A DNA stretch of 64,000 nucleotides from Bacteroidota bacterium. GTDB taxonomy: Bacteria > Bacteroidota > Bacteroidia > Chitinophagales > Chitinophagaceae. Shown here piece by piece: positions 10,318-19,491 of the stretch. The stretch is from assembly GCA_963169635.1 (NCBI GenBank), contig CAUJDL010000064.1:1881-65880 (forward strand), read 5' to 3'. Positions within the stretch are counted from its first letter, which is position 1. Each line of letters begins with the position of its first letter. The notes under the pieces are model-generated. The model was not told the origin of the DNA, did not search any database, and worked only from the letters and a program-made list of their open reading frames with translations. The translations under genes and the position numbers were made by a program.

Positions 10318-11403
10318 ATGATGGATATTAATAGAAATAATTACGAAACTTTTTTACTACTCTATATAGATGGTGAATTAAAGCCTACTGAAAAAGTTTT
10401 GGTAGAACAATTTTTATTAAACAATCCAGATTTACAATTAGAATTAGATTTATTACAAAGCACCAAACTAACAGCAGATTTTATTGAACCTTTTGATAAA
10501 ACTGCCTTGTATAAAACAGCTACAAATAATATTCACTTAAACAATTATGAAGAAAAATTTTTATTATATGCAGATAAAGAACTTTCTGCCAATGAAGCTG
10601 CTTTAGTAGAAAAATTTGTATTACAACATCCCCATTTACAAAATGAATTTACAAGTATTACTGCAAGTGTATTAGCTAAAGAAGAAATTCATCACCCCAA
10701 CAAAGAGAATTTGTACAAAAAAGAAAGAAAACCAATAATAGCTTTATGGGTACAGCAATTTGCTGTAGCTGCATCAATCCTTTTTCTTTCAATTGCTGTA
10801 TGGAATTTTAATGTTAAAAAATCTAATATTACTCAAAAGCAACAGATTGATATAGCACAAAACAGTGTATCAAATAATAATAACGCATCAAACAAAACAC
10901 AACAAAAAATTGCACCAATAGAACAGTTAGTAAAAAATAATACTTCAGCAGCAACACGTCTTCAACAAGAAAAAAATGTTCAGCAAAATAATTATCGTAC
11001 AACTGTACAATATGCTAATCAACAACAACCCATTAAAACTACTCAAAACAATATAGTAAATACCAATTATAAAACAGATGAAGCTACTAATACTATTGCA
11101 TCTTATCAAGTACATAATATTGTTGCAATAGAAACCTCATCTTTAGATATACCTATTCCTGTACAAAATATATCTACTACAAATAATACAATTGTACAAG
11201 CTGTAAATACACAACCCATTTACAAGTATTTAGATACAGATGCAGAAAATACTACCTCTACCAACACTCAAAACGATGTAGTTTATATAGGTAGTTTTAA
11301 AGTAGCTAAATCTAAAGTGAAAAATGTATTGAATAAAACAAAAGCATTTTTTGGTAATCAAAAAGATAATACAATAGATAAGGCAATTGCTACTATATTA
11401 TAA
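10318..11403 (+). CDS. Putative anti-sigma factor (single-pass membrane protein)
   Basis: Starts 24 nt after the ECF sigma gene. Has a duplicated ~45-aa N-terminal module, one TM helix (IIALWVQQFAVAASILFLSIAVW) and an N/Q/T-rich extracytoplasmic tail. The call is by context only. Confidence 0.45.
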   Translation: MMDINRNNYETFLLLYIDGELKPTEKVLVEQFLLNNPDLQLELDLLQSTKLTADFIEPFDKTALYKTATNNIHLNNYEEKFLLYADKELSANEAALVEKFVLQHPHLQNEFTSITASVLAKEEIHHPNKENLYKKERKPIIALWVQQFAVAASILFLSIAVWNFNVKKSNITQKQQIDIAQNSVSNNNNASNKTQQKIAPIEQLVKNNTSAATRLQQEKNVQQNNYRTTVQYANQQQPIKTTQNNIVNTNYKTDEATNTIASYQVHNIVAIETSSLDIPIPVQNISTTNNTIVQAVNTQPIYKYLDTDAENTTSTNTQNDVVYIGSFKVAKSKVKNVLNKTKAFFGNQKDNTIDKAIATIL

Positions 11404-11443
11404 CAACAAAATATTTAATTGTTTAAAATTTAAAAATAGAAAA

Positions 11444-12319
11444 ATGAAGAAAACTTTATTTACAGTATTTATTACATTAATTAGCTTACAACTCTTTGCA
11501 CAAAAAGATACTACACAACAAACATCAGATACTATTAAAGCAGGAAATTTTGTAATTATTAAAAAAGCAAAAACAAAAGGAACTAATGATCAAGATGGAA
11601 AAGAAGGAAATGGTGGTTTTAAATTTTCTTTTAATACAAACAAAGAAAAAACAAAGAAAAATATAAGTACCAACTGGTTTATATTAGATCTTGGTTTTGC
11701 TAACTATAAAGATAAAACAGATTATACAGCAGCACAAGCAGGTAATTATTTAAAAACATTAAATGTAGCTGCAGGTAATGTAACAAAAGAAAGTTTAAAG
11801 CTAATACCTGGAAAAAGCTCTAATGTAAATCTTTGGTTTTTTATGCAAAAAGTAAATTTAAGTAAGCATGTTATCAACCTTAAATATGGTTTAGGTTTAG
11901 AAATGTACAATTTTAGATTTGATAGAAATGTAAGCTATAGAAAAAATCCAGACCCATTTATTTTTAATGATACAATTAGTTTTTCTAAAAATAAATTATA
12001 TGCAGGATATATTACTATACCTCTTATGCTAAACTTCGATTTTACCCCAAGTAATATGAAAAGATTATTTACTGTAAGTGCTGGTATTAGTGCAGGATAT
12101 TTGGTAAGCAGTAAAAACAAACAAATAAGTGATGTACGTGGTAAAATAAAATATAAAGGCGATTTTGATTTACAACCTTTTCGTTTAGCAGCAGTTGGAG
12201 AAGTAGGTTTAGGTCCTGTAAGATTATATGGTAGTTATAGTTTAAATGCACTACACGATAAGAATACTAAAATGTTGCAATATCCTTATGTAATAGGTGT
12301 AAGATTTAGTAATTGGTAA
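11444..12319 (+). CDS. Outer-membrane beta-barrel (porin family) protein
   Basis: The ATG at 11444 gives signal peptide MKKTLFTVFITLISLQLFAQ. Alternating beta-strand pattern and an aromatic C-terminus (VRFSNW). Third gene of the sigma/anti-sigma operon. Confidence 0.6.
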   Translation: MKKTLFTVFITLISLQLFAQKDTTQQTSDTIKAGNFVIIKKAKTKGTNDQDGKEGNGGFKFSFNTNKEKTKKNISTNWFILDLGFANYKDKTDYTAAQAGNYLKTLNVAAGNVTKESLKLIPGKSSNVNLWFFMQKVNLSKHVINLKYGLGLEMYNFRFDRNVSYRKNPDPFIFNDTISFSKNKLYAGYITIPLMLNFDFTPSNMKRLFTVSAGISAGYLVSSKNKQISDVRGKIKYKGDFDLQPFRLAAVGEVGLGPVRLYGSYSLNALHDKNTKMLQYPYVIGVRFSNW

Positions 12320-12370
12320 AATAAATTTTTAGATAAAAAGAAGTTGGTTTATCGGGTTTCATTTTAACAA

Positions 12371-12397
12371 AAGGCTGCTTTATAAGTAGCCTTTTTT
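12371..12397 (+). terminator. Rho-independent terminator after the OM beta-barrel gene
   Basis: Hairpin AAGGCTGC / GTAGCCTT followed by a T-run (aaggctgctttataagtagcctttttt). Confidence 0.6.
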
Positions 12398-12480
12398 ATT
12401 TTTAAAACTTTATCTCAATTACCTAACCTATTACTCCTTATTTAATAATTGAAAGTAGCAATTAAACATAGCTATAAAAT

Positions 12481-12517
12481 AAAAAAGGGGCCCGGATAAA
12501 TATCCAGCCCCGTTTTT
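12481..12517 (-). terminator. GC-rich hairpin flanked by A- and T-runs; terminator for the transketolase N-terminal gene, possibly bidirectional
   Basis: aaaaaaGGGGCccGGAtaaataTCCaGCCCCgttttt. This stem is unusually GC-rich for such an AT-rich sequence. Confidence 0.55.
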
Positions 12518-12603
12518 AAAATCCAATATCCTATGAAAAACCGCTGCTAAGATAAGTGTTCTATCAGACAAAACAATATCCCAATCGGTTATTTTTTTAA
12601 ATT

Positions 12604-13446
12604 TTAATAATCTCCTATTGTTTCAGGTAATTGAGCTAATGCTTTAGCTAATTGTTCATCATTAGGAGCAATACCATGCCATTCATGACCTGTTTCCATA
12701 AAATCTACACCTTTGCCCATCGTTGTTTTCATTAAAATACATATAGGCTTTCCTTTGCCAGTAAGGCTTTTAGCTTTATCTAATGTTTGTACTGTATCAG
12801 TAATATCATTTCCATTCATTTCTAAAACAAGCCAATTAAAAGCCTCAAATTTTGCTTTTAAACTTTCTAAACTCATTACTTTATTAGTAGGACCATCAAT
12901 TTGCTGACCATTATAATCAACAGTAATAATTAAATTATCTACTTTATGATGAGGGGCAAACATAGCAGCTTCCCAAATTTGTCCTTCTTGTAATTCGCCA
13001 TCACCATGTAAAGAAAAAACTAAACCCTTATCGTTATTTAATTTTTTAGTAAGTGCAGCACCAATAGCCACACTCATTCCTTGACCTAAAGAACCACTAG
13101 CAATTCTTACACCTGGTAAATGTTCGTGTGTTGTTGGGTGACCTTGAAGTCTAGAATTTAATTTTCTAAAACTAGCTAATTCTTTTACATCAAAATAACC
13201 AGATCTTGCTAATACAGAATAAAATAAAGGAGATATATGCCCATTAGATAAAAAGAAAATATCTTCATTAGTGCCATCCATATTAAAATCTGTATTGTAC
13301 TTCATTGTATTAAAATAAAGTACTGTAAGAAAATCTGTACAACCTAAAGAGCCTCCAGGATGTCCACTTTGTACAGCATGTACCATTCTTACAATATCTC
13401 TTCTTACTTGTGTTGCTATATCACTTAAATTATTTTGCATATACAC
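12604..13446 (-). CDS. Transketolase, N-terminal (TPP-binding) subunit
   Basis: 280 aa. Motifs GHPGGSLG, GHISP and HGDGELQEGQIWEAAMFAPHHKVDNLIITVDYNGQQIDG (TPP-binding GDG...N motif). Confidence 0.85.
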   Translation of the reverse strand: MYMQNNLSDIATQVRRDIVRMVHAVQSGHPGGSLGCTDFLTVLYFNTMKYNTDFNMDGTNEDIFFLSNGHISPLFYSVLARSGYFDVKELASFRKLNSRLQGHPTTHEHLPGVRIASGSLGQGMSVAIGAALTKKLNNDKGLVFSLHGDGELQEGQIWEAAMFAPHHKVDNLIITVDYNGQQIDGPTNKVMSLESLKAKFEAFNWLVLEMNGNDITDTVQTLDKAKSLTGKGKPICILMKTTMGKGVDFMETGHEWHGIAPNDEQLAKALAQLPETIGDY

Positions 13447-13671
13447 TTTTATTTATTAAGCAGCGAAGTTAATTTTTTTAGCCTCTCCAATTACAACAGC
13501 TTTTAAAAATTGTTTAATTTTTCTAATACTGCTTTATTCAATTAAATTATATTACTCAAAAATCTATAAAAATTAATATATATAGAACAATTGTTACATA
13601 TTTATTATATTGAATTTAAAGATATTTTAAAATAATTTAGCTCTCAATAGCGTTATTGTATGATTAAAAGC

Positions 13672-13679
13672 TAATTTTG
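13672..13679 (+). promoter_or_regulatory. -7 box TAATTTTG upstream of the WecA-like gene
   Basis: Exact TAnnTTTG match, 62 nt before the ATG at 13741. Confidence 0.3.
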
Positions 13680-13740
13680 CATCACCCCACTTGATGATAC
13701 AGAATTACTTTTATGTATTATTAAATTTTTAACCTTAAGA

Positions 13741-14859
13741 ATGGAACAAATTATTATTGGCTTTGTATTATCATTTGCAGTAGGCTTTTATGCAATACCT
13801 GTAATTATAAATGTTGCCAAGCAAAAAAAATTATATGATATTCCTGATGAAAGGAAAATTCATACTTCACCTATCTCTTCTTTAGGTGGTTTAGCCATTT
13901 TTGTTGCATTTATAAGTGGTTTATTGCTTTCTGTAAATACAAATTTTTTAATACCAGGATTTCAATATTATATAGCTGCATTTATGGTTATATTTTTCTT
14001 TGGTATTAAAGATGATATTTTAGTTTTATCTCCTATTAAAAAAGTTATTGGACAAATAATAGTTGCCTGTATATTAGTATTTAAAGCTAATTTGGTAATT
14101 ACTAATATGCATGGCTTTTTAGGTATTCATGCAATTACTTATGCCATTGGTTGTTTATTTACCATATTTACCATTATTGTTGTAATGAATGCTTATAATT
14201 TAATAGATGGTGTAGATGGACTTGCAGGAACTATTAGTGTTATTACAACTACAGCATTTGGTATTTACTTTTTAATTAATAAAGATATTTTTTATAGTGT
14301 ACTTGCATTTACTTTTGCTGCAAGTGTTATTAGCTTTTTAATTTACAACTATTCACCAGCCAAAATTTTTATGGGAGATACAGGTGCCATGTTAAGTGGT
14401 GCTGTAAATGCTATCTTAGTAATTCATTTTATTAGTACAGCAAAAACTGCCCCTATTTTAGCTTTAGATGCTGCACCTGCAATGGGTTTTGGTATTTTAC
14501 TAATGCCTTTATTAGATACTTTAAGAGTATTTTCTTTAAGAATGATACGTGGAAGATCTCCTTTTTTCCCAGACAGAAATCACTTACACCATTTTTTATT
14601 AGATAGAGGCTGCACACATACACAAGTAACCCTTATTATTGCTGCAAGCTCTATTGTTTTTATGGCATTTACTTATTTTATTTTATCTATTGGTGTTACT
14701 TGGGTTATATTATCTCAAGTTGCCATCTTTTTTACATCTATTTATGTAATTTATTTAACCAGACCTAATAAAAACAATCTTGCAAAAATTAGGGTTATTA
14801 AAGCTAATTTTGATGATGAAGTAAATGAAGCTAATAAAACTAATTTTCTTTCTAAATAG
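13741..14859 (+). CDS. Undecaprenyl-phosphate sugar-1-phosphate transferase (MraY/WecA family, GT4-type initiating enzyme)
   Basis: Polytopic membrane protein with NLIDGVDGLAG and IFMGDTGAM motifs typical of polyprenyl-phosphate N-acetylhexosamine-1-P transferases. Confidence 0.8.
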   Translation: MEQIIIGFVLSFAVGFYAIPVIINVAKQKKLYDIPDERKIHTSPISSLGGLAIFVAFISGLLLSVNTNFLIPGFQYYIAAFMVIFFFGIKDDILVLSPIKKVIGQIIVACILVFKANLVITNMHGFLGIHAITYAIGCLFTIFTIIVVMNAYNLIDGVDGLAGTISVITTTAFGIYFLINKDIFYSVLAFTFAASVISFLIYNYSPAKIFMGDTGAMLSGAVNAILVIHFISTAKTAPILALDAAPAMGFGILLMPLLDTLRVFSLRMIRGRSPFFPDRNHLHHFLLDRGCTHTQVTLIIAASSIVFMAFTYFILSIGVTWVILSQVAIFFTSIYVIYLTRPNKNNLAKIRVIKANFDDEVNEANKTNFLSK

Positions 14860-15017
14860 TTATTTTCAATACAAATTTTCAAGTTCAAAAATTTCCATTT
14901 CTTTAAGGTAAATATTTGTTTACTTATTTATTTATATTAAAGAAAACAAAGTATAACAGAATAATATAGTAAGCCAAAATATTTTCCTTTATTTTGCACA
15001 GCTTAAAACTTATAAGT

Positions 15018-15980
15018 ATGAAATGTTCTGATATACAAATACTCAACGAAAAAGAAACACGTGCAGGCTTTGGTGATGGTGTATATGAAATTGGTAAAGA
15101 AAATGATCAGGTAGTAGTGCTTACTGCAGACCTTGCAGGCTCTATGAAAATTGGTTCTTTCATTAAAGATTTTCCAGAACGTTTTATACAAGTGGGTATT
15201 GCAGAAGCTAATATGATTGGCATTGCTGCAGGTATGACAATTGGAGGAAAAATACCTTACACAACTACATTTGCCAACTTTAGTACTGGTCGTGTTTATG
15301 ATCAGATAAGACAAAGTGTAGCATATAGTAATAAGAATGTAAAAATATGTGCAAGTCATGCAGGTTTAACATTAGGCGAAGATGGTGCAACACATCAAAT
15401 ATTAGAAGATATTGGGTTAATGAAAATGCTACCTGGTATGACAGTAATTGTACCTTGCGATTATAACCAAACAAAAGCTGCCACAAAAGCAATTGCTAAT
15501 TATGAAGGTCCTGTGTACTTACGTTTTGGTCGTCCTAAATGGGCTAACTTTACTAAAGAAGATGGTAGCGATTTTGTAATTGGTAAAGCACAACAATTAA
15601 CAACAGGTAATGATGTAAGTATTTTTGCTTGTGGCCACATGGTTTGGAAAGCTATTGAAGCAGGAAAAATTTTAGAAGAAAAAGGTTTTAGTGTAGAGGT
15701 AATTAATATACATACAATTAAGCCATTAGATACACAAGCAGTTTTAAACTCTATTAAAAAAACTAAATGTGCAGTAACTGTAGAAGAGCATAATATTATT
15801 GGTGGTTTAGGAGATAGTATTGCACAAGTTGCAGCAACACATTTTCCTGTACCTATTGAATATATTGGCACTAATGATACTTTTGGAGAAAGTGGTAAAC
15901 CATTAGAGCTTTTAAGTAAATATGGTTTAGATATACCTTTTATTGTAGCAGCTGCAGAAAAAGTAATGAAGAGAAAATAG
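15018..15980 (+). CDS. Transketolase, C-terminal (pyrimidine-binding plus C-terminal domain) subunit
   Basis: Motifs FIQVGIAEANMIGIAAGM and GATHQILEDIGLM. About 320 aa counted from the ATG at 15018. Confidence 0.85.
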   Translation: MKCSDIQILNEKETRAGFGDGVYEIGKENDQVVVLTADLAGSMKIGSFIKDFPERFIQVGIAEANMIGIAAGMTIGGKIPYTTTFANFSTGRVYDQIRQSVAYSNKNVKICASHAGLTLGEDGATHQILEDIGLMKMLPGMTVIVPCDYNQTKAATKAIANYEGPVYLRFGRPKWANFTKEDGSDFVIGKAQQLTTGNDVSIFACGHMVWKAIEAGKILEEKGFSVEVINIHTIKPLDTQAVLNSIKKTKCAVTVEEHNIIGGLGDSIAQVAATHFPVPIEYIGTNDTFGESGKPLELLSKYGLDIPFIVAAAEKVMKRK

Positions 15981-15984
15981 GTAA

Positions 15985-16704
15985 CTACTTTTCTTTCATA
16001 GCTAATACAATATTATTTAAATAAATATCGTACCGCTTTGGTAATAGTTTATGTTTTAATAAAAACCAACTATTACAAATAACCATTAATAAAGGACGAA
16101 TATTAGATGTTATAAATTTTATTTTCCCAATAATATACATCGATTGTAAAAAGTGCTCACAGATATATACCATTTTCATTTGATGAAGTGTAGTAGCAAA
16201 GTCTCCACTTTTATCTTGCACCAAAATTTTAAACCCATTTTTTTCAAGTAAATGTTTTAGTGCAAACTGAGTATATCTTGCATAGTCGTGTGGCACTTCA
16301 TGCTCATTCCAAACAAAGGGGCAAGTAATTAAAATTTTACCTTCTGTTTTTAAAACACGATGAAGCTCTGGTAAAATTGATTCTAAATTAAATACATGCT
16401 CAAACACTTCACTACTTAAAATAGCATCGAACTGATTATCGTTAAAAGGTAATTTTTTTCCATCATAAAATACATCTATCTGTTCATTAATATGAGGATG
16501 ACCAGGGTTTTCATAATCTATGCCTGTATATGATTTTACATGATTAAATAAACTTTTATAAGGCTTAGAGCCACAACCAAAATCTAATAAATTACCAGAT
16601 AATTCTTTACTATATTGTTGTACTTTTTTTAATAAAAGTTTTCTGATAAAGTAATAAGGGCTACTTAATGCAGGATTAAATTCTTTAGCTATTTTTTGCT
16701 CCAT
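15985..16704 (-). CDS. Class I SAM-dependent methyltransferase
   Basis: Motif I LLDFGCGSKPY, with downstream FDAILSSEVFEHV typical of the Methyltransf_11 type. Confidence 0.75.
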   Translation of the reverse strand: MEQKIAKEFNPALSSPYYFIRKLLLKKVQQYSKELSGNLLDFGCGSKPYKSLFNHVKSYTGIDYENPGHPHINEQIDVFYDGKKLPFNDNQFDAILSSEVFEHVFNLESILPELHRVLKTEGKILITCPFVWNEHEVPHDYARYTQFALKHLLEKNGFKILVQDKSGDFATTLHQMKMVYICEHFLQSMYIIGKIKFITSNIRPLLMVICNSWFLLKHKLLPKRYDIYLNNIVLAMKEK

Positions 16705-16719
16705 ATTTTTTAAAAAAAA

Positions 16720-17433
16720 TTATTTTACAAATAATCTACCTGTATAATCTATTCTTTGTAAAAGAGGAAAATATTTTATTTTTTCAAAATATTCATCTAC
16801 TGCTTTTCTACAACCTTGCCAATGACCATAATCATCAATTATCATAATACCTTTAGTTTGTAATAAAGGATAAAAATGTTCTAACTCAATTTTTGTTGAT
16901 TCGTACCAATCAGTATCTAATCTTAATAATGAGCAAGAGTTAAAATAATGATTATTAGGTAAAGTGTCTTCTACTTTTCCTTTTATAAAATGAATGTTTT
17001 CAGAAGAATAGCCTGTTAAGGCAATATTGTGTTTTACATCATCTAAAGTTGCATAAGCCCAAATAATACTTTCTTCATTTTTCTTAGATTGTTTTAATTG
17101 TGTAGATGCATTTAAATTATTAAAATCTTTATCATCTTCTGTAGGTGCACTCATTCCTTCATATGTATCAAACAACCATACTTTTCTATCGTTAACATTA
17201 AATTTTTGAAGGGTTTTTAAAATAACCATTGTACTTCCACCACGCCAAACACCACACTCTACAAAGTCTCCTTGAATATTATTTTTAATGATATACTCTG
17301 TAGCTTTATATAGTGCATACATTCTTTCTATGCCAGTCATTGTATATGGCTTGCAAAAATTATAAATATCTTCAAACTCTTTAAACTCTTCACTTAAACC
17401 TGTTTCTTTCTTTTTTTTCTTAAAAAAACTCAT
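16720..17433 (-). CDS. TylF/MycF-family sugar O-methyltransferase
   Basis: Motifs GDFVECGVWRGGS, LLRLDTDWYEST and IIDDYGHWQGCRKAVDEY are characteristic of the macrocin-O-methyltransferase (TylF) family. Confidence 0.8.
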   Translation of the reverse strand: MSFFKKKKKETGLSEEFKEFEDIYNFCKPYTMTGIERMYALYKATEYIIKNNIQGDFVECGVWRGGSTMVILKTLQKFNVNDRKVWLFDTYEGMSAPTEDDKDFNNLNASTQLKQSKKNEESIIWAYATLDDVKHNIALTGYSSENIHFIKGKVEDTLPNNHYFNSCSLLRLDTDWYESTKIELEHFYPLLQTKGIMIIDDYGHWQGCRKAVDEYFEKIKYFPLLQRIDYTGRLFVK

Positions 17434-17434
17434 A

Positions 17435-18580
17435 CTAATTTTTTTTAGTTAATGTTTGATAAAAAACCTCTTCTACCGAAGTAGGAAATTTTTTAGTAAA
17501 TACATCAAAAGCATTTTTGCCCATTAGCTCCCATTGTTCTTTATTACTCCATGCAGTTTCTAAAACATTTTGCATACTCTCTACAGTTGCATCTTTTGCT
17601 ACCCATCCAGTTTCAAAATCTTTAATCCAAACAGGCATATCGCCTACATCGCTTACTACAACTGCTCTAGATTTGCTCATAGCTTCTATTACACTTATTG
17701 GCATAGCATCTTTATGTGTAATTTGTAATACTAAATGGGCATTATTTAATACACCTGCTACATCATTAGTATTACCCATTAAAAAAACTTGTTGTTGTAA
17801 GTTATATTCTTTTATTAATTGTTGAAGAAGTTGATAGTGTTCGCCATCGCCATAAATTTCTATAATACAATTTCTAGTTTTCCAAACTTCATTTGCAAAA
17901 GCTTTTATTAAATTATCCTGAGCCTTTCTTTCAATATCTAATTGAGCTAGCATAATAATTTTATATTGATCATTTTGTAAGGCAGGATAAGGTGTATAAT
18001 TAATAGACCTTTCAATAGTTAATGGATTTACAAGAGGTAAAACATTATCAAACCTTTGTTGTAGTTGAGCTTCTAATACATTTACAATTTTAGCTGCGTC
18101 GCAAATTAAAGATTTTGCATTTTTCATCCATGCTGTTAAAACAGTTGCTTTTGCTGGTTTAATGTTTATATCTAAAGCATAGTTATGAAAGGTTAAAACA
18201 TAAGAAGGTAATTGTTTAAATATATTTTTCCATGGGCTATTAGCTACTTCAATAAAACCACCTTGATTTACTACTATAAAATCAAATTGTGTAAAATCGA
18301 ATTGTTGAATAAATATTTTTTGTTTTGTTCTGGTTATCCATTCAAAATATAGTCTTTCATAAATATTCTTCTTTGTTCTGCCATAATTAGGAATATAAAT
18401 AATCGTTGCTCCATTTGCTGCCAACATATTCATTTTTGCTTTTTTGGCTTCCCAATCATAAACTAAGCAAGTAACTTTATCTCCTTTTTCTAAAGCATAT
18501 TTTGCTGTTGCAAACCATTGAACTTCACTACCACCCCAAGGGTCAGAGTTCATTAAAGAAATAAATAAAATTGAAGACAT
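17435..18580 (-). CDS. Glycosyltransferase, GT-B fold (family 4/1-like)
   Basis: 381 aa. C-terminal donor-binding half (LVLQITHKDAMPISVIEAMSKSRAVVVSDVGDM). Its stop abuts the start of the TylF-like gene, consistent with an operon. Confidence 0.7.
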   Translation of the reverse strand: MSSILFISLMNSDPWGGSEVQWFATAKYALEKGDKVTCLVYDWEAKKAKMNMLAANGATIIYIPNYGRTKKNIYERLYFEWITRTKQKIFIQQFDFTQFDFIVVNQGGFIEVANSPWKNIFKQLPSYVLTFHNYALDINIKPAKATVLTAWMKNAKSLICDAAKIVNVLEAQLQQRFDNVLPLVNPLTIERSINYTPYPALQNDQYKIIMLAQLDIERKAQDNLIKAFANEVWKTRNCIIEIYGDGEHYQLLQQLIKEYNLQQQVFLMGNTNDVAGVLNNAHLVLQITHKDAMPISVIEAMSKSRAVVVSDVGDMPVWIKDFETGWVAKDATVESMQNVLETAWSNKEQWELMGKNAFDVFTKKFPTSVEEVFYQTLTKKN

Positions 18581-18590
18581 ATATTAAGGC

Positions 18591-18598
18591 TAATTTTG
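18591..18598 (+). promoter_or_regulatory. -7 box TAATTTTG upstream of the GT25 gene
   Basis: Exact TAnnTTTG match inside the 45-bp divergent intergenic region, 27 nt before the ATG at 18626. Confidence 0.3.
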
Positions 18599-18625
18599 TA
18601 AAGATAATTATAAAGAAAGATAACA

Positions 18626-19408
18626 ATGACAGAAAATAATCATGAAAAAACATTGCAAGAAATCAACACTTTCTTTAATCATATTTATATTTTAACAATT
18701 GAAAGAGCTACTGAAAGGCATGCAGCAATTACCAAAGAATTAGCTGGTTTAAACTTTTCTTGTTTTTATGGGTTTGATAAGCAACAATTATCAATAAAAG
18801 AATTAGAGAGTAATAATATTTATGATGCTACAAAAGCAATACAAAATAATAGATATAATAAACCAATGAAATTAGGAGAAATTGCATGTAGCATGGGACA
18901 TAAAGCAATTTATGAGGATATTGTTAAAAACAATTATACTAAAGCATTAATCTTAGAAGATGATGTAATATTAAATACTTCAGAGCCTTTTCATTTCTCT
19001 ACAATTGTTCAACAATTACCAAGTGATTGGGATATTGTATATTTTGATTATCATAAAAATGAAACTTCCTCTTTTATTAAAGAACTTAAAAAAATAATTT
19101 ATCACATTCAAAAAAGTTTAGGTTTACTTAAGTGGTCGCACACACTAATTAATAATTTATATGCAAAACCTTTTAGTAAAAATTTAAAAATATCAGGATA
19201 TCATGATTTTGCATCTGCTTATGGCATTACTAATGCTGCTGCTAAAAAAATAATTACTTTACAAACACCAATTTCATATCCTGCAGATCATGTATTACCA
19301 ATTGCTATAACTAATAATATGCTTAAAGGTTATATTACTATACCTAAAGTTTTTACACAATTAAGTCAGTTTAATAAAGAAACAATTGGGAGTTATGTAG
19401 AAAGTTAA
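18626..19408 (+). CDS. Glycosyltransferase family 25 (LOS/LPS core glycosyltransferase)
   Basis: Motifs IYILTIERATERH, GEIACSMGHKAIYEDIV and ALILEDDVIL are typical of GT25. Confidence 0.7.
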   Translation: MTENNHEKTLQEINTFFNHIYILTIERATERHAAITKELAGLNFSCFYGFDKQQLSIKELESNNIYDATKAIQNNRYNKPMKLGEIACSMGHKAIYEDIVKNNYTKALILEDDVILNTSEPFHFSTIVQQLPSDWDIVYFDYHKNETSSFIKELKKIIYHIQKSLGLLKWSHTLINNLYAKPFSKNLKISGYHDFASAYGITNAAAKKIITLQTPISYPADHVLPIAITNNMLKGYITIPKVFTQLSQFNKETIGSYVES

Positions 19409-19491
19409 TTAATCAAATAACTATTCCTACAATTTAAAATCTTATAACACTTGTTTTATGTAATTTGCAACCTTATTTAAAACTTCATTGC

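Noticed and set aside
12320-14993. Inverted repeats marking the breakpoints of the proposed inversion that separated the transketolase halves.
   Set aside because: Comparing 12320-12603 with 14860-14993 by eye revealed only terminator hairpins and no shared inverted sequence. The inversion idea remains unsupported at the sequence level.
15003-15871. Three consecutive antisense ORFs (118, 70 and 123 aa) opposite the transketolase C-terminal gene. Similar antisense ORFs occur at 26780-27187, 39799-40119, 55007-55414 and 58904-59368.
   Set aside because: Each lies entirely within, or mostly over, a gene with strong motif support on the other strand. Their translations are low-complexity, Cys/Ile/Leu/Phe-rich and have no recognisable motif. 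They are best explained as shadow ORFs produced by codon bias.
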